DNA of 64,000 nucleotides from a virus. How positions within the stretch are numbered: the stretch's first letter is position 1; each line of letters starts with the position of its first letter. This document shows positions 37,851 through 48,123 of the stretch, in pieces. The notes under the pieces are model-generated. The model was not told where the DNA came from. It saw only the letters and a program-made list of their open reading frames with translations, and made no database searches. Both the position numbers and the translations under genes were made by a program. The stretch spans positions 33,129 through 97,128 of the IMG/VR virus record IMGVR_UViG_3300031521_000030; one strand, written 5' to 3'.

Positions 37851-39881
37851 ATGACGACATCAACCCGCTTCCCCGACGCTTACAACCGCGCATTGCCTAA
37901 TGACCGCATTGAGGAACTTATCTTCCGTGCGGGCCGTGGTTTGCAATCCGCCGAACTGAATGAGTTGCAAACCTACTTCCGGGCGCGGCATGACAACCTC
38001 GCCAACGCCTTGTTCAAAGACGGGGATATTGTTTCCGGGGCCGATTGTGTAATCCTGCCAAATGGGGACCTGACCGGCACCGCAACGCTCACCGAAGGTA
38101 AGGTATTCCTCCGGGGCCAAGTTTACTCCATCCCCGGTGAGGACCTAACCTTCCCAACCGATCAAAAGGTTTTTGTCGGCATCCGGCTCAAGCGCATCGA
38201 ATTGGATGAGGTGGATGACCCTTCCTATCGGGACCCGGCGGCGGGCGCTCGCGGCTATGGTGAACCCGGTGCGGCCCGCGCAAAGATTGAATTTTATTGG
38301 GGCTGGAAGTCGGACGATGGCAACTCAGATGTTCGTGCGGATTGGGAGTTCTACTCCATCTATGAGGTGGACCATGGCGTGCTAATCATCAAGGCGGGTA
38401 AGGCGGTTGCCGACCCATACTTGGACCTAATGGCCCGCTATGACCGGGAGGCCAATGGCAACTACGTTGTCAGCGGTTTGCTTGTCACCTTCGTTAAGGA
38501 TGCCAACAGCAAATACTACCTCAACATCTCCGAGGGCTCGGCGGACGTTCGTGGCTACAAACTAGAGCGGCGAACTGGCACAGGCATGGCCATCGACAAG
38601 GTGGCTGATGCGCGGGCATCCGGTTCTGAACCTCAAACATTCACCGATGATGGCAGCGGCTCCGGCTACATTCTAACCAACAACGCCCCCATCGCGTCCA
38701 TCACCCAAATCACGGGAACCCGGTCCAAAACCGAAACTATCACGCACGGTATCCTTAGCTCTGCCGATGCCCTTTCGCATACCACGGTCGTCCAAATCAT
38801 CGGTATTATTTCTGCAACCGGCACCCCCCACACCTTCATCCCGGTTACTGATTTCAAGCTAACGCAGGGCAAAGTTGATTGGTCCCCCGCCGGGGCCGAG
38901 CCCGCGCAGGGCGATAGCTACACCGTGGAATACCAATATCTGGATGACACCATTGTTGCTGATACCATCGGCGGCAACTTCGTTGTCCTCTCCGGGCTGG
39001 TCCCCAACACATCGGTCATCCTTGAATATAACTACATGCTCCCTCGCGTGGACTTGGTGGTTATGGATGACAAGGGGGAACTCACAATCATGCGCGGGGT
39101 TAGCCAACTTCGCAACCCTTCCTCGCCTATCCCGGCGGGCAACCAGATTGCGCTTGCAACGGTCACCCACGATTGGGTAAACAACCCCATTGTCCGCAAC
39201 GTTTCCATCCGGGCTATCCCGATGAACGAGATCGAAACGATGCGCCAAAACATCAACAACCTCTACGACCTCATGGCGCAAGAGATGCTCCGGCATCAGG
39301 CCAGTGAATCGGACCCAACAAGCAAGCTGGATGTTTTTGTGGACCCCTTCCTTGGGGATGAACTCCGGGATGATGGGCGCACCCAATCGGCGGCAATTGT
39401 GAACGGTCAATTGATGCTGCCTATCCCGGTAACGGCGGAATCGCCCAGCAATGTTGCAATGACCTCGGTGGCCCAAACCCTTGACTTCACTTTGGAAATC
39501 GCGGTGCAGCAGCCCAACAAGACGGCGGGGATGAAGATCAATCCCTACCAAGCATTTGAGCCCATCCCGGCCCGTATCACATTGACCCCCGCCTTGGATG
39601 TTTGGACCGACCAAGCATACGTGAGCCTCTCACCCATCACATCAAGCATGCTCGTCGGTGCCTTTGCTCACTCGGGCAGCCGCCCCGATGGTCGCTTTGT
39701 CCAGTTGGGGAATACTTGGGGCATGCAATCTGTCTCCGTCCAGAGTGATTACAACACCTACTCCAATTCCGTGGCCGAGCAGTTCATTCGCCAGCGCCCC
39801 GTTGCGTTCCAGATCGAAGGGTTTGGGCCGGGCGAGACACTCATTAAAGTTACCTTTGACGGGGTTATCGTAACCCCATAA
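37851..39881 (+). CDS. DUF4815-type baseplate/tail protein, N-terminal part
   Basis: LQSAELNELQ, LFKDGD.V.G, EPGAAR, YDREANGNYVV.G, FVDPF..D..RD. Confidence 0.8.
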   Translation: MTTSTRFPDAYNRALPNDRIEELIFRAGRGLQSAELNELQTYFRARHDNLANALFKDGDIVSGADCVILPNGDLTGTATLTEGKVFLRGQVYSIPGEDLTFPTDQKVFVGIRLKRIELDEVDDPSYRDPAAGARGYGEPGAARAKIEFYWGWKSDDGNSDVRADWEFYSIYEVDHGVLIIKAGKAVADPYLDLMARYDREANGNYVVSGLLVTFVKDANSKYYLNISEGSADVRGYKLERRTGTGMAIDKVADARASGSEPQTFTDDGSGSGYILTNNAPIASITQITGTRSKTETITHGILSSADALSHTTVVQIIGIISATGTPHTFIPVTDFKLTQGKVDWSPAGAEPAQGDSYTVEYQYLDDTIVADTIGGNFVVLSGLVPNTSVILEYNYMLPRVDLVVMDDKGELTIMRGVSQLRNPSSPIPAGNQIALATVTHDWVNNPIVRNVSIRAIPMNEIETMRQNINNLYDLMAQEMLRHQASESDPTSKLDVFVDPFLGDELRDDGRTQSAAIVNGQLMLPIPVTAESPSNVAMTSVAQTLDFTLEIAVQQPNKTAGMKINPYQAFEPIPARITLTPALDVWTDQAYVSLSPITSSMLVGAFAHSGSRPDGRFVQLGNTWGMQSVSVQSDYNTYSNSVAEQFIRQRPVAFQIEGFGPGETLIKVTFDGVIVTP

Positions 39882-39895
39882 CATCACCCACAGAT

Positions 39896-41182
39896 ATGTC
39901 ACTCCAAGCAAACCAAAGCGGCAGTATTACCGGCTCATTCAATATCCCTGCCAAAGTTCCCTCGGGGGTCAAGCAGGTGTTCTTTCAAGGCTCCGGGGGG
40001 ACTGTGGGCTTTGGCGTCTATACCGCGCAGGGCACTCTTGTCACCAACTTTTCCCAACTTGTCCAAACCACCGTGGTTCGGCGTTGGGACCCATTGGCCC
40101 AAACATTTACGCTCCCCGAGGCCCGCATGATTGGTGCCGTGGATATTAAGTTCACAACCTTTGGGGATAGGGCCAAACCCGTGTTTATCCAACTGCGGGA
40201 GACTGAGGTTGGCATCCCCAATCAAACCATTCTAGGGGAGGCCGTCATTGATATGGCCACGGCGGTTGCCAACGTGTGGACCCGCGCAAACTTCCCCCTG
40301 CCTATCCCGGTGGATATGAACAAGGAGTATGCCATCGTTGTCCTTACGGATGATGGCAACCACTCCCTCGCTATTGCCAAGCTCGGCGGTTACGTCCAAG
40401 CGGGTGACGGTGACCATGAGGGGTGGATGACCGCCCAGCCTTACCAGATTGGTGCGCTGTTGGCGTCCAGCAACGCAAGCACTTGGACACCCATGAATGA
40501 AGCCGACATGGCTTTCCGGTTGCTGGCTTGCAAGTTTGGCCCGGTCAATAAAACGGTTCAGCTAGGCAGCGTGGATTGTTCCGCCGGGGCCACCGACCTC
40601 CAAATCCAATCCATTGTTCGTCGCACCTCCGGGGACACCGAAGCAACATTCACCATGACGGATTCGGCAACGAACCAGATGTATCAGGCCGCCGAGTTGA
40701 CCCCGGTGCAGTTGCCCGACCGCATTGCCAGCCAAGTGGTTGTCCGGGCGGAATTGGAGGGGTCTGAGAAGATGTCCCCTATTGTTTATCCGGGGACCCA
40801 ACTGATTGTCGGCAATGCCAACAATTCTGCGGAGTATATCACTCGGGCAATCAAGGCATCCACCGCCTTCCATATTGCCTTGACCTTCCAAGTTTATAAG
40901 CCGGGCACAAGCACTATCATCCCAAAGGTTGAGGTGCAGCGGGTTACCGAGGGGGCTGATGTAATTGTTGACGGGGTTTACCAATACGATGTCCTTGCCC
41001 TTACCCTTGATACTCGCGTTCCCGTTGGGGATGGCTGGTATGAGGAGAAGTGGCTTGGCGGGGTTGCTGCCCCTAACCTTCGGGGTGTGGGACTCGACCG
41101 GGAAACCCGCATTGTTATCTCCCTTTCCGGGAGTGCAAAATTCCGCCCCCTTGCCCGCCAACTCCGGGCAATCATCCACTAA
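39896..41182 (+). CDS. DUF4815-associated tail protein, C-terminal part
   Basis: G.FNIPA.VP.G.K.V, DPLAQTF, QPYQIG.LL.SSNASTWT. Confidence 0.75.
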   Translation: MSLQANQSGSITGSFNIPAKVPSGVKQVFFQGSGGTVGFGVYTAQGTLVTNFSQLVQTTVVRRWDPLAQTFTLPEARMIGAVDIKFTTFGDRAKPVFIQLRETEVGIPNQTILGEAVIDMATAVANVWTRANFPLPIPVDMNKEYAIVVLTDDGNHSLAIAKLGGYVQAGDGDHEGWMTAQPYQIGALLASSNASTWTPMNEADMAFRLLACKFGPVNKTVQLGSVDCSAGATDLQIQSIVRRTSGDTEATFTMTDSATNQMYQAAELTPVQLPDRIASQVVVRAELEGSEKMSPIVYPGTQLIVGNANNSAEYITRAIKASTAFHIALTFQVYKPGTSTIIPKVEVQRVTEGADVIVDGVYQYDVLALTLDTRVPVGDGWYEEKWLGGVAAPNLRGVGLDRETRIVISLSGSAKFRPLARQLRAIIH

Positions 41183-41183
41183 A

Positions 41184-41199
41184 CTGCAACAAGTTGCAC
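41184..41199. repeat. 16-bp palindrome copy 15
   Basis: CTGCAACAAGTTGCAC, intergenic. Confidence 0.9.
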
Positions 41200-41203
41200 C
41201 ACC

Positions 41204-41701
41204 ATGGCCCAGCAAATAGCGCAAACCGAAAAGCAATATCTCACATCCGAACGGGATGTTGTGGACCGCTCCAAGAAATGCACTTGCTGTAAAGTATGGA
41301 AGCCTCGAACTTCGTTCTGCAAAAATAGGGCGAAGTTTGATGGGCTCTCCGGGGAGTGCCGTGAGTGTAGCAAGGCAAGGGTGTCTGCATGGCAAAAAGA
41401 TAATCCCGCGCTAGTCACCGCAAGGAGCATCAAGTGGAATAAGGAGCACCCAGAACGTAGGAAAAGCACACGCCTACATTCCCGTTATGAAATTACCTTA
41501 GACCAGTTCAACTGGCTACTGGCTTCTCAAGGTGGTGGGTGTGCTATTTGCTCCCAAGTGGCCCCTAAAATGGTGGTAGACCATGACCACATCACAGAAA
41601 AGGTGCGCGGCATTTTGTGTCACTCTTGCAACATTGCCATCGGACACTTTCGGGATAATACTCTGCTTTTAACTAAAGCAATTGCCTACCTACAAAAATG
41701 A
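41204..41701 (+). CDS. endonuclease VII-type homing endonuclease carrying the original tail-X N-terminus
   Basis: QGGGCAIC, VDHDH.T.KVRGILCHSCN..IGHFRD; N-terminal Zn finger. Confidence 0.9.
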   Translation: MAQQIAQTEKQYLTSERDVVDRSKKCTCCKVWKPRTSFCKNRAKFDGLSGECRECSKARVSAWQKDNPALVTARSIKWNKEHPERRKSTRLHSRYEITLDQFNWLLASQGGGCAICSQVAPKMVVDHDHITEKVRGILCHSCNIAIGHFRDNTLLLTKAIAYLQK

Positions 41702-42420
41702 CCATTATTGCCCAAACTGAGAAGCAGTATCTTACCAGCGAACGGGATGTCATAGATAGGGTGTGCTGGGACTTTTATGGATCAACGCAAGGGACCGCCG
41801 AGGCCGTTTATAGGCGCAACACATTCCTGTCCCGCTATCCCGCCGTCTTGCCCCCCGGTTTGGTTATCACCCTGCCGGTGGTGAGCTTGACGGCCCTTCG
41901 CCAAGTGCGGGAGTTGTGGGATTATGGCACCGTCAAGAAGTCGGATGCGGGCCGGGTTGCAGCGACGGTTGACAACCGCCTATCCGCCGCACAAAGCGCG
42001 TTGAACCATTACCGGGCAACCAAGTATTCTCTGCCCGCCTCCGAGGTTGTGGACGATGTAAAGGAACTGACCGAGGCCGAATGGTTGGGCGTCTATTACA
42101 AGACGGCCTCCGGCACTTGGAAACAGGCCCGCATGCACAAGAGCAACCTTCAATTCGAGGGCGATGCGGATAACCTTTCCGTGCGGGTCCAATCCTTGGA
42201 GGAGAGCCTAACCCGGTTCAACCTCATGGAGTTTGTCCCCGCCGGGGCCGCCCGGTTGGAGGTCCAAGATAGCGTCGTTCGCATGGTGTTCGACCGCTCC
42301 AAATTTGCAATGTCCGATGCGGAACTTGAGCAGGTCCTCCGGCCAATGTTCCCGCAATACACGCTTGAAACCTGCCAAGGCGACGTTCAGGTTATTGGCC
42401 CGATTCCCCGCCGGTTCTAA
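41698..42420 (+). CDS. tail protein X (P2 gpX-like) with C-terminal extension
   Basis: D.IDRVCWDFYG...EAV...N.....LPPGLVITLP...ELWD. Confidence 0.8.
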   Translation: MTIIAQTEKQYLTSERDVIDRVCWDFYGSTQGTAEAVYRRNTFLSRYPAVLPPGLVITLPVVSLTALRQVRELWDYGTVKKSDAGRVAATVDNRLSAAQSALNHYRATKYSLPASEVVDDVKELTEAEWLGVYYKTASGTWKQARMHKSNLQFEGDADNLSVRVQSLEESLTRFNLMEFVPAGAARLEVQDSVVRMVFDRSKFAMSDAELEQVLRPMFPQYTLETCQGDVQVIGPIPRRF

Positions 42421-42423
42421 GCT

Positions 42424-44388
42424 ATGAACTCTGGCTCCACCGCTCGTCTTATCCAGCCGGACAGCAAAGGCGTTTGCTGCGGTTGCCGCCCCGATTGGTC
42501 TGATTGTTACACGGTTCGCCCCTTTGACCCCTTCGACTTTATGTTGGTCGAGGTGCGTTGGGATGGGGACGGCGGGCAAGACTTGGATACCCGAATGTTC
42601 CTTGCCGATGCCGGGCATAAGGCGACCAACGCTCTCGAAGATTCCAAACGCACCATCGGTTGGTGCAAGGAGGACTCCGTTGGGGCCGATAGCAACCCCC
42701 TCATCATTTGGGGCTGCGATAACATGGGGACGGGGGCCGAGGCGATGTTGGTTATGCTCTGCAACTTGCGGGGCCAGCAACCCACCCCCAAGCCAATCAC
42801 CATCGACCTATCCGCCTTCTGGTATGGCAAGCGGGCCTCCGGGGATATTACCATCCGCATCCGAACCTACGCGAGTGATTGGGCATCGGGGTCCGGGCTC
42901 AAACCGGCCAACCTTCGCTACTACAACCCCCGGCTGGTTGAGGATATTCTCTTCATCGGCAATATCTTCGATGAGAGCCAAAGCTGCGGGGCGGGTGAGT
43001 TCCTCGGGTTTTTCCAATACCAACCCACAACCGGGCAAACAACTTTCGCAAGCAACCGCTGCGAGCTAAAAAGCCACGTCGTTGCAATCTGCGGCCTGAA
43101 CGACCCCGAGGGGGTTTCGGCCACTGTCACCGCAACCTACAACAACATAGGTTACGGGGCCGGTTGTGGGCCGGGATGGCATCTTTATGGATCATTAACC
43201 GCCCACGTCGCGGGGGACTTCCTATTGCCATCCTACGACAATAGCGAGGCAACCGGGCTCTCTAATGTTGGGGATATGGTTTGCAACCTGCACCATAACA
43301 ACTGCCGTCTATCCCTTGGCGTCTCGGCCTTTGTAAGCACCGAGTCGGCTTGTGCCTTGGCCGTCCGCCTATCGGCTGCGGTTGTCCCGGCGGCGGTTGG
43401 TGGCAAGCTGCTCTGCGGGGTTGAGGGGCCGGAATGCGCGGGCATGCTTTCACTGGATAAAGTCCTCAACCTCGACAACAACGCGGACCTCTTCGCGGGG
43501 CACCATCTTTATGAGGTCGTGGATGACTACGGTGGCACTTGGTCCTTCGACATCGTGCTTACCCCAATAGGCGGGGACGGGCATGATCGCTCGACCGACC
43601 TCTCCGTTGCCAACCAGTTCACCGCCGAGCATGGTTGGCAGTTCCTTGCCGGATGCGTCGGGCGCACCGGGGTCACCGTGGATATTCTCGACCCCTCGCA
43701 CACGGCTTGCCGCTTCCCCTCGGAAGGCCCCACCGGCATGGGCTTCCTTGTCCGGGTATCCCTTGTGCTTGGCATCAAGTCCCCCGCCGTGGACATCTCT
43801 GTAACCTTTGCTGGGCAAACCATTGTCATCCCCAAAGTCCGCTCTGGCTACACCGGGAGCTTGGCCTTTTCTGCAAGCGTATCCGCAACGGATACCCTCA
43901 CGGCAACCGTAACGGTGGTGGTTCTTGACCAAACATTTACCGGAACCGATAGTTGGACGCTACCCGCGTGCTATTGCCCTGAATGTGATTGCCCGCCGAG
44001 CAACGAGGGCCGCGATTCCCGGTGCGAGGCTTGCCCGGAATGCCCACACTTTTATTGCACTCCGGGGGTCTACGTCCTAACAAGCACACGAACCTGCACC
44101 GTAACAGGGCCATACGGCTGCAATGGTGCCTATGATTGTGCCGGGCTTGGTGAGACTCTGGATATGAGTGAGTTCACCGCCTCCGGTTGGGCAGGGTCTT
44201 GCAACCGCACACGAGGATGGACTCTGAAAGATGCCACCTACCCGGTGTGGGGTAGTGACGAGGGCTATCCAATACTGGCGGGGTCCGTAAGCTCGGGTGG
44301 CACATTGGAGGGACTCCCTTCTAGCTGGACGGACGGTAGCGGCCTCTGCTACGCATGCACACCAACACTACGACTCACCGTTTACTAA
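42424..44388 (+). CDS. large Cys-rich putative virion protein
   Basis: W.G..GQDLDT...WG.DN.G.G.E; many Cys; lies within the tail module. Confidence 0.65.
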   Translation: MNSGSTARLIQPDSKGVCCGCRPDWSDCYTVRPFDPFDFMLVEVRWDGDGGQDLDTRMFLADAGHKATNALEDSKRTIGWCKEDSVGADSNPLIIWGCDNMGTGAEAMLVMLCNLRGQQPTPKPITIDLSAFWYGKRASGDITIRIRTYASDWASGSGLKPANLRYYNPRLVEDILFIGNIFDESQSCGAGEFLGFFQYQPTTGQTTFASNRCELKSHVVAICGLNDPEGVSATVTATYNNIGYGAGCGPGWHLYGSLTAHVAGDFLLPSYDNSEATGLSNVGDMVCNLHHNNCRLSLGVSAFVSTESACALAVRLSAAVVPAAVGGKLLCGVEGPECAGMLSLDKVLNLDNNADLFAGHHLYEVVDDYGGTWSFDIVLTPIGGDGHDRSTDLSVANQFTAEHGWQFLAGCVGRTGVTVDILDPSHTACRFPSEGPTGMGFLVRVSLVLGIKSPAVDISVTFAGQTIVIPKVRSGYTGSLAFSASVSATDTLTATVTVVVLDQTFTGTDSWTLPACYCPECDCPPSNEGRDSRCEACPECPHFYCTPGVYVLTSTRTCTVTGPYGCNGAYDCAGLGETLDMSEFTASGWAGSCNRTRGWTLKDATYPVWGSDEGYPILAGSVSSGGTLEGLPSSWTDGSGLCYACTPTLRLTVY

Positions 44389-45071
44389 TGAACCTCCGAA
44401 CTATCCAAGATATGCACATGCCCTTCCTCTTTGAGAAGGGGGGCACGGTTGCAATGTTGTCGGGCCTCCATTGTGAGTTCGTGGCGAGTGAGGGCTGGCG
44501 CACCATTCTGTTCCCTGATGCCTTGCAAGGGGACTTCACCGATGTAGTTTGGCCCCACCCCGAAGCCATGGAGTGCTCGCCTATTATGGTCGGGGATAGG
44601 ATGCAGATAATTTGCACCATTGGCACCGATAGGAAGGTGATGGCTTCGGATTCCTGCCTCATTCTGCCCCCATGGGCTTCGGGCCACTTCGGTTGGTATG
44701 CCCCGGACATCTCTGTATGGTCCGTCTTTGGCCCCGAAGGGGAACCGATGATCGGTTGGGAGGTAGCCGGGCAACCATTGCAGACCCTCGGCTTTGGGCT
44801 AACCAAAGCATACCGCATCTACCGGGTTGTGCCGGTGACCGACCGCCCCCTCCATGCGTTGGTAACCCTGCTTGCCAACCAGAGGGACTACCATACTTTT
44901 CTTGTCTCCTTAGATGATGACCCGAAGGTGCATGAACTGCTCATAGACGGCGGGCCGGTTTATAAATCATCCCTGCTTGGCGGCCTATGCGCCCACGCCA
45001 TACTCACCGGGAGCACTCGGGAGGTTTGCATCTCGGATTCCTACTCCTTGGAGCCCCTTGCCCTGCCATGA
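44388..45071 (+). CDS. hypothetical protein
   Basis: TAATG overlap. Confidence 0.55.
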   Translation: MNLRTIQDMHMPFLFEKGGTVAMLSGLHCEFVASEGWRTILFPDALQGDFTDVVWPHPEAMECSPIMVGDRMQIICTIGTDRKVMASDSCLILPPWASGHFGWYAPDISVWSVFGPEGEPMIGWEVAGQPLQTLGFGLTKAYRIYRVVPVTDRPLHALVTLLANQRDYHTFLVSLDDDPKVHELLIDGGPVYKSSLLGGLCAHAILTGSTREVCISDSYSLEPLALP

Positions 45072-45502
45072 GAGAACGCCTAATTAGCAACGGTAAACTG
45101 GTTGTCGATTTGATAGACGGCCAACCCGCCGCCATGCTCCCAACCGCCCCCCGCAAAACAACCGCTGCTGATGTCCGCCGGTTCATAAGCACGGTGGCAA
45201 GGGCGGCCATGACCCTCCAACCGTTGGAGTCTCAAGGGGAGGCCAACCGCCGGGCGCATATTTGTGCAACCTGCCCGCTTAACGTCCCCATTGAGGGGTG
45301 CGAGGTTTGCAAATCTGCTCTGCGCAAGGTCAGTGAATACATAGGCGACCGTAAGGTTGACGACTGCAACTTGTTGCAGGGATGCGGGGTTTGCGGCTGC
45401 GAATTGCGTTTGGCCGTATGGGTCAACCTCCGCGCACAGCAAGAAGCCATGGACCTTCCCACCAATGCCCTCTTCCCGAACCACTGTTGGAAGAAGAGGT
45501 GA
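45068..45502 (+). CDS. Cys-rich small protein
   Basis: RAHICATCP..GCEVC..GCGVCGC...P.HCW. Confidence 0.6.
   Translation: MRERLISNGKLVVDLIDGQPAAMLPTAPRKTTAADVRRFISTVARAAMTLQPLESQGEANRRAHICATCPLNVPIEGCEVCKSALRKVSEYIGDRKVDDCNLLQGCGVCGCELRLAVWVNLRAQQEAMDLPTNALFPNHCWKKR
45364..45379. repeat. 16-bp palindrome copy 16, in CDS
   Basis: CTGCAACTTGTTGCAG. Confidence 0.9.
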
Positions 45503-45578
45503 CCTCTCTTTTTGATTGCAAGCAAAAACCTAGCTGATATTTTCAAGCCTAACCTCTACAAAACCGAAGACACCACCT

Positions 45579-47138
45579 ATGAGCCTACAATTCCTTCACG
45601 GGGTCGATACCATTGAGGTAAACGACGAAACGCGGGTCATCCGCACCGCTAAATCCTCCGTAATCGGCATTGTCGGCACGGCAGGACAAGGCCCCATCAA
45701 CACGGCCACCCTCCTCACTGGTTCGACCCGTGCGGCAACCTCCACGTTCGGCCCGCTGCGGGACAACGGGTTTACCATTCCCCAAGCCCTTGATTCCTTT
45801 TTCAAGCAGGGCGACAATAGCGGGGCAACGGTGGTGGTCATCAATGTCTGCGACCCGGCGGTTCATAATGCCGACGAGGTTGATGATGTGGTCACTTTCG
45901 GCGTGGGCAACACGGCCAAACTCTCCCGGCAACACATCAGCATGGTTGCTCTGGATGCGGCTATTAGCGGCCCCGTAACGGCGACTGTGGCCGGTGCATT
46001 GCCCACCTTGCCCGTTGGTTGCACGGACATCGTTCTAACCACGGTAGCCGGGGCACCCGTCCTAGCCGCTGCGGTTGTGCTGGGGGGCAAGTATATCCTC
46101 AGTTATTCGGCAACCCTTATCGAAGGGGCAGACTTCACAGTTGATGTATCCAATGGGGTGCTCACCCGCCCGGTTGATGGTTCCTCCATCATCCCCAAGG
46201 CAACGGTGTCCGCAAGCTACACCTACGTTGATGCGTCTGCCGTAACCGAATCGGACATCATCGGCATGGTTGACGAGTTGGGCAACACCTCGGGTATCAA
46301 GGCGCTCTATGGTGCCAAGGCCAAGGTTTTTGTCCAGCCCCGCATTTTGCTGGCCCCCAAGTTCACTGGCACGAAACCAACCCTCGTTACCCGCAATGCG
46401 GTGGTAACCGAGTTGGAAGTTGCAGCCCTCAAACTCGGCGGCATCTACTGCGCGGATTGCCCGGACACCTCCAAGGAGGCAGCGGTTGCCCATCGCTCCG
46501 ACTTCGGCGGGTTGGGTTACTTCCATTACCCTGATTTCCTCACGCTCTCCCCGGAAGGCGATGGCACCTACACAACCCTCCTCGCTTCGGTCATCTTGGC
46601 CGGTGTCATGGCTGCGGTTGATCGGTCGGCCACCGAGGGCTTCCATGTTAGCCCATCCAACCACACCATCAACGGCGTGCTCGGGCTGACCAAGGATGTC
46701 GATTTCAACATCAACGATTCTGAAACCGCTGCCAATTACCTCAACGCGAACTTCGTTGCAACGTCCATCCACGTTGACAACTTTCTGCTTTGGGGCAACC
46801 GGCTCGCCAACGGGGAGTTCATCAACCGTCGCCGGACAGCGCAGATGGTCAACGAGTCTATCCTCTATGCCCATCTGTGGGCGGTGGATCGCAACATTGG
46901 CAAGGGCTACGTGGAGCAGGTTGTCAATGGCGTTAAGGAATACCTCCGGCAGTTGAAAAACCGGGAGGTCATCCTTGGGGGCACCGCATGGGCGGACAAG
47001 GAAATCAACACCCCTTCGGTTATTGGCAACGGGGAACTGTTCATCGACTATGATTTCGGTGGCCCAACCCCGGCGGAACACATCCACTTCCGGGCGCACC
47101 TCACGGACAAATATGTGGCGGCCATCTTCGACATCTAA
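45579..47138 (+). CDS. contractile tail sheath (P2 FI-like)
   Basis: FLHGVDTIE, VIGIVGTA, PRILLAP, SPSN, LWGNR, PAEHI.F. Confidence 0.93.
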   Translation: MSLQFLHGVDTIEVNDETRVIRTAKSSVIGIVGTAGQGPINTATLLTGSTRAATSTFGPLRDNGFTIPQALDSFFKQGDNSGATVVVINVCDPAVHNADEVDDVVTFGVGNTAKLSRQHISMVALDAAISGPVTATVAGALPTLPVGCTDIVLTTVAGAPVLAAAVVLGGKYILSYSATLIEGADFTVDVSNGVLTRPVDGSSIIPKATVSASYTYVDASAVTESDIIGMVDELGNTSGIKALYGAKAKVFVQPRILLAPKFTGTKPTLVTRNAVVTELEVAALKLGGIYCADCPDTSKEAAVAHRSDFGGLGYFHYPDFLTLSPEGDGTYTTLLASVILAGVMAAVDRSATEGFHVSPSNHTINGVLGLTKDVDFNINDSETAANYLNANFVATSIHVDNFLLWGNRLANGEFINRRRTAQMVNESILYAHLWAVDRNIGKGYVEQVVNGVKEYLRQLKNREVILGGTAWADKEINTPSVIGNGELFIDYDFGGPTPAEHIHFRAHLTDKYVAAIFDI

Positions 47139-47175
47139 CCAACCGCCCAACGCAACCCAAATCTGACTTACCTAT

Positions 47176-47685
47176 ATGGCTGCTCAAATTCCAAAAATCA
47201 TCCGAAACTTCAACATCATGGTCGATGGTGTGGGTTGTGCTGGCCTCTGCGATGAGGTCGAACTCCCCGCCCTGACCATCAAGACCGACGACCACCGGGG
47301 CGCGGGCATGGACATCCCCATTGAGATGGACATGGGCATGGAGAAACTCACCATGAAAATGACCTTCGCCGAGCATCTGCAATCGGTTTACCGCCAATTT
47401 GGCCTCATCAATGGCAATGCCGTGGGTGTCACCTTCCGGGCGGCTAAGACCGATGGACAGACGGCAGAGGGCATTGAGGTTGTGGCTCGGGGCTCCTATA
47501 AGGAGATTCCCGGTGCCAAGGTCAAGGCGGGGGATAAATCCCTGCTAGAAGCCACCCTCAACCTGCGCTACTACCGCCTGACTATCGCGGGGCAAGTCCT
47601 CATCGAGATTGATGCGGAGGCCGGTATCCGTATCATCGACGGTGTGGACCAACTGCAAGCCGTCCGCGACCTCATCAGCATCTAA
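47176..47685 (+). CDS. tail tube (P2 FII-like)
   Basis: EVELPAL, RGAGMD...DMGMEKL, YYRL...IEID...IDGVDQL. Confidence 0.92.
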   Translation: MAAQIPKIIRNFNIMVDGVGCAGLCDEVELPALTIKTDDHRGAGMDIPIEMDMGMEKLTMKMTFAEHLQSVYRQFGLINGNAVGVTFRAAKTDGQTAEGIEVVARGSYKEIPGAKVKAGDKSLLEATLNLRYYRLTIAGQVLIEIDAEAGIRIIDGVDQLQAVRDLISI

Positions 47686-47734
47686 GCCGACTGAGAAATC
47701 CAATTGTTGCAGGTTGCACCGGGCCATAAATCCG

Positions 47735-47750
47735 GTGCAACTTGTTGCAG
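47735..47750. repeat. 16-bp palindrome copy 17, overlapping a larger hairpin (CAGGTTGCACCGG...CCGGTGCAACTTG)
   Basis: GTGCAACTTGTTGCAG. Confidence 0.9.
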
Positions 47751-47775
47751 TTTAACCCAAAACGAGCACACGAAT

Positions 47776-48123
47776 ATGAGCGAAACAACATCGGCCCCCG
47801 AGGCCCCAAGCGCACGCAACCGCAGCAAAGCAACAACCATCCCCGCAACCGTGGACCCCATGGCAAGCGAGGCGGTGGTTAAGCTGGCCTTCCCTATCAA
47901 AGTGGCGGGCACCCTAACCTCTGAACTCACCGTCCGCCGTCCCAAGTTAAAGGACCGGCTGAATGTCTCCCTTAGCACCGAGATGACCGCCGACCAGCAA
48001 GAGGCGCTTATCATCGCCAACACGGCGGGGCTTTCCTTGGATGAACTCGAACAACTTGACCTCTCCGACTTCAACCGGGTGCAGGGGGTATTTCAGGTTT
48101 TTCTAAGTGCTCGTCCAAGCTAA
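47776..48123 (+). CDS. tail assembly chaperone (gpE-like)
   Basis: L.FPI...ELTVRRPK.KD...LEQLDLSDF. Confidence 0.85.
   Translation: MSETTSAPEAPSARNRSKATTIPATVDPMASEAVVKLAFPIKVAGTLTSELTVRRPKLKDRLNVSLSTEMTADQQEALIIANTAGLSLDELEQLDLSDFNRVQGVFQVFLSARPS

Noticed and set aside
39860-39900. Frameshift or pseudogene splitting the DUF4815 protein
   Set aside because: The second ORF has its own ATG 14 nt after the stop, there is no convincing slippery site, and both parts look intact.
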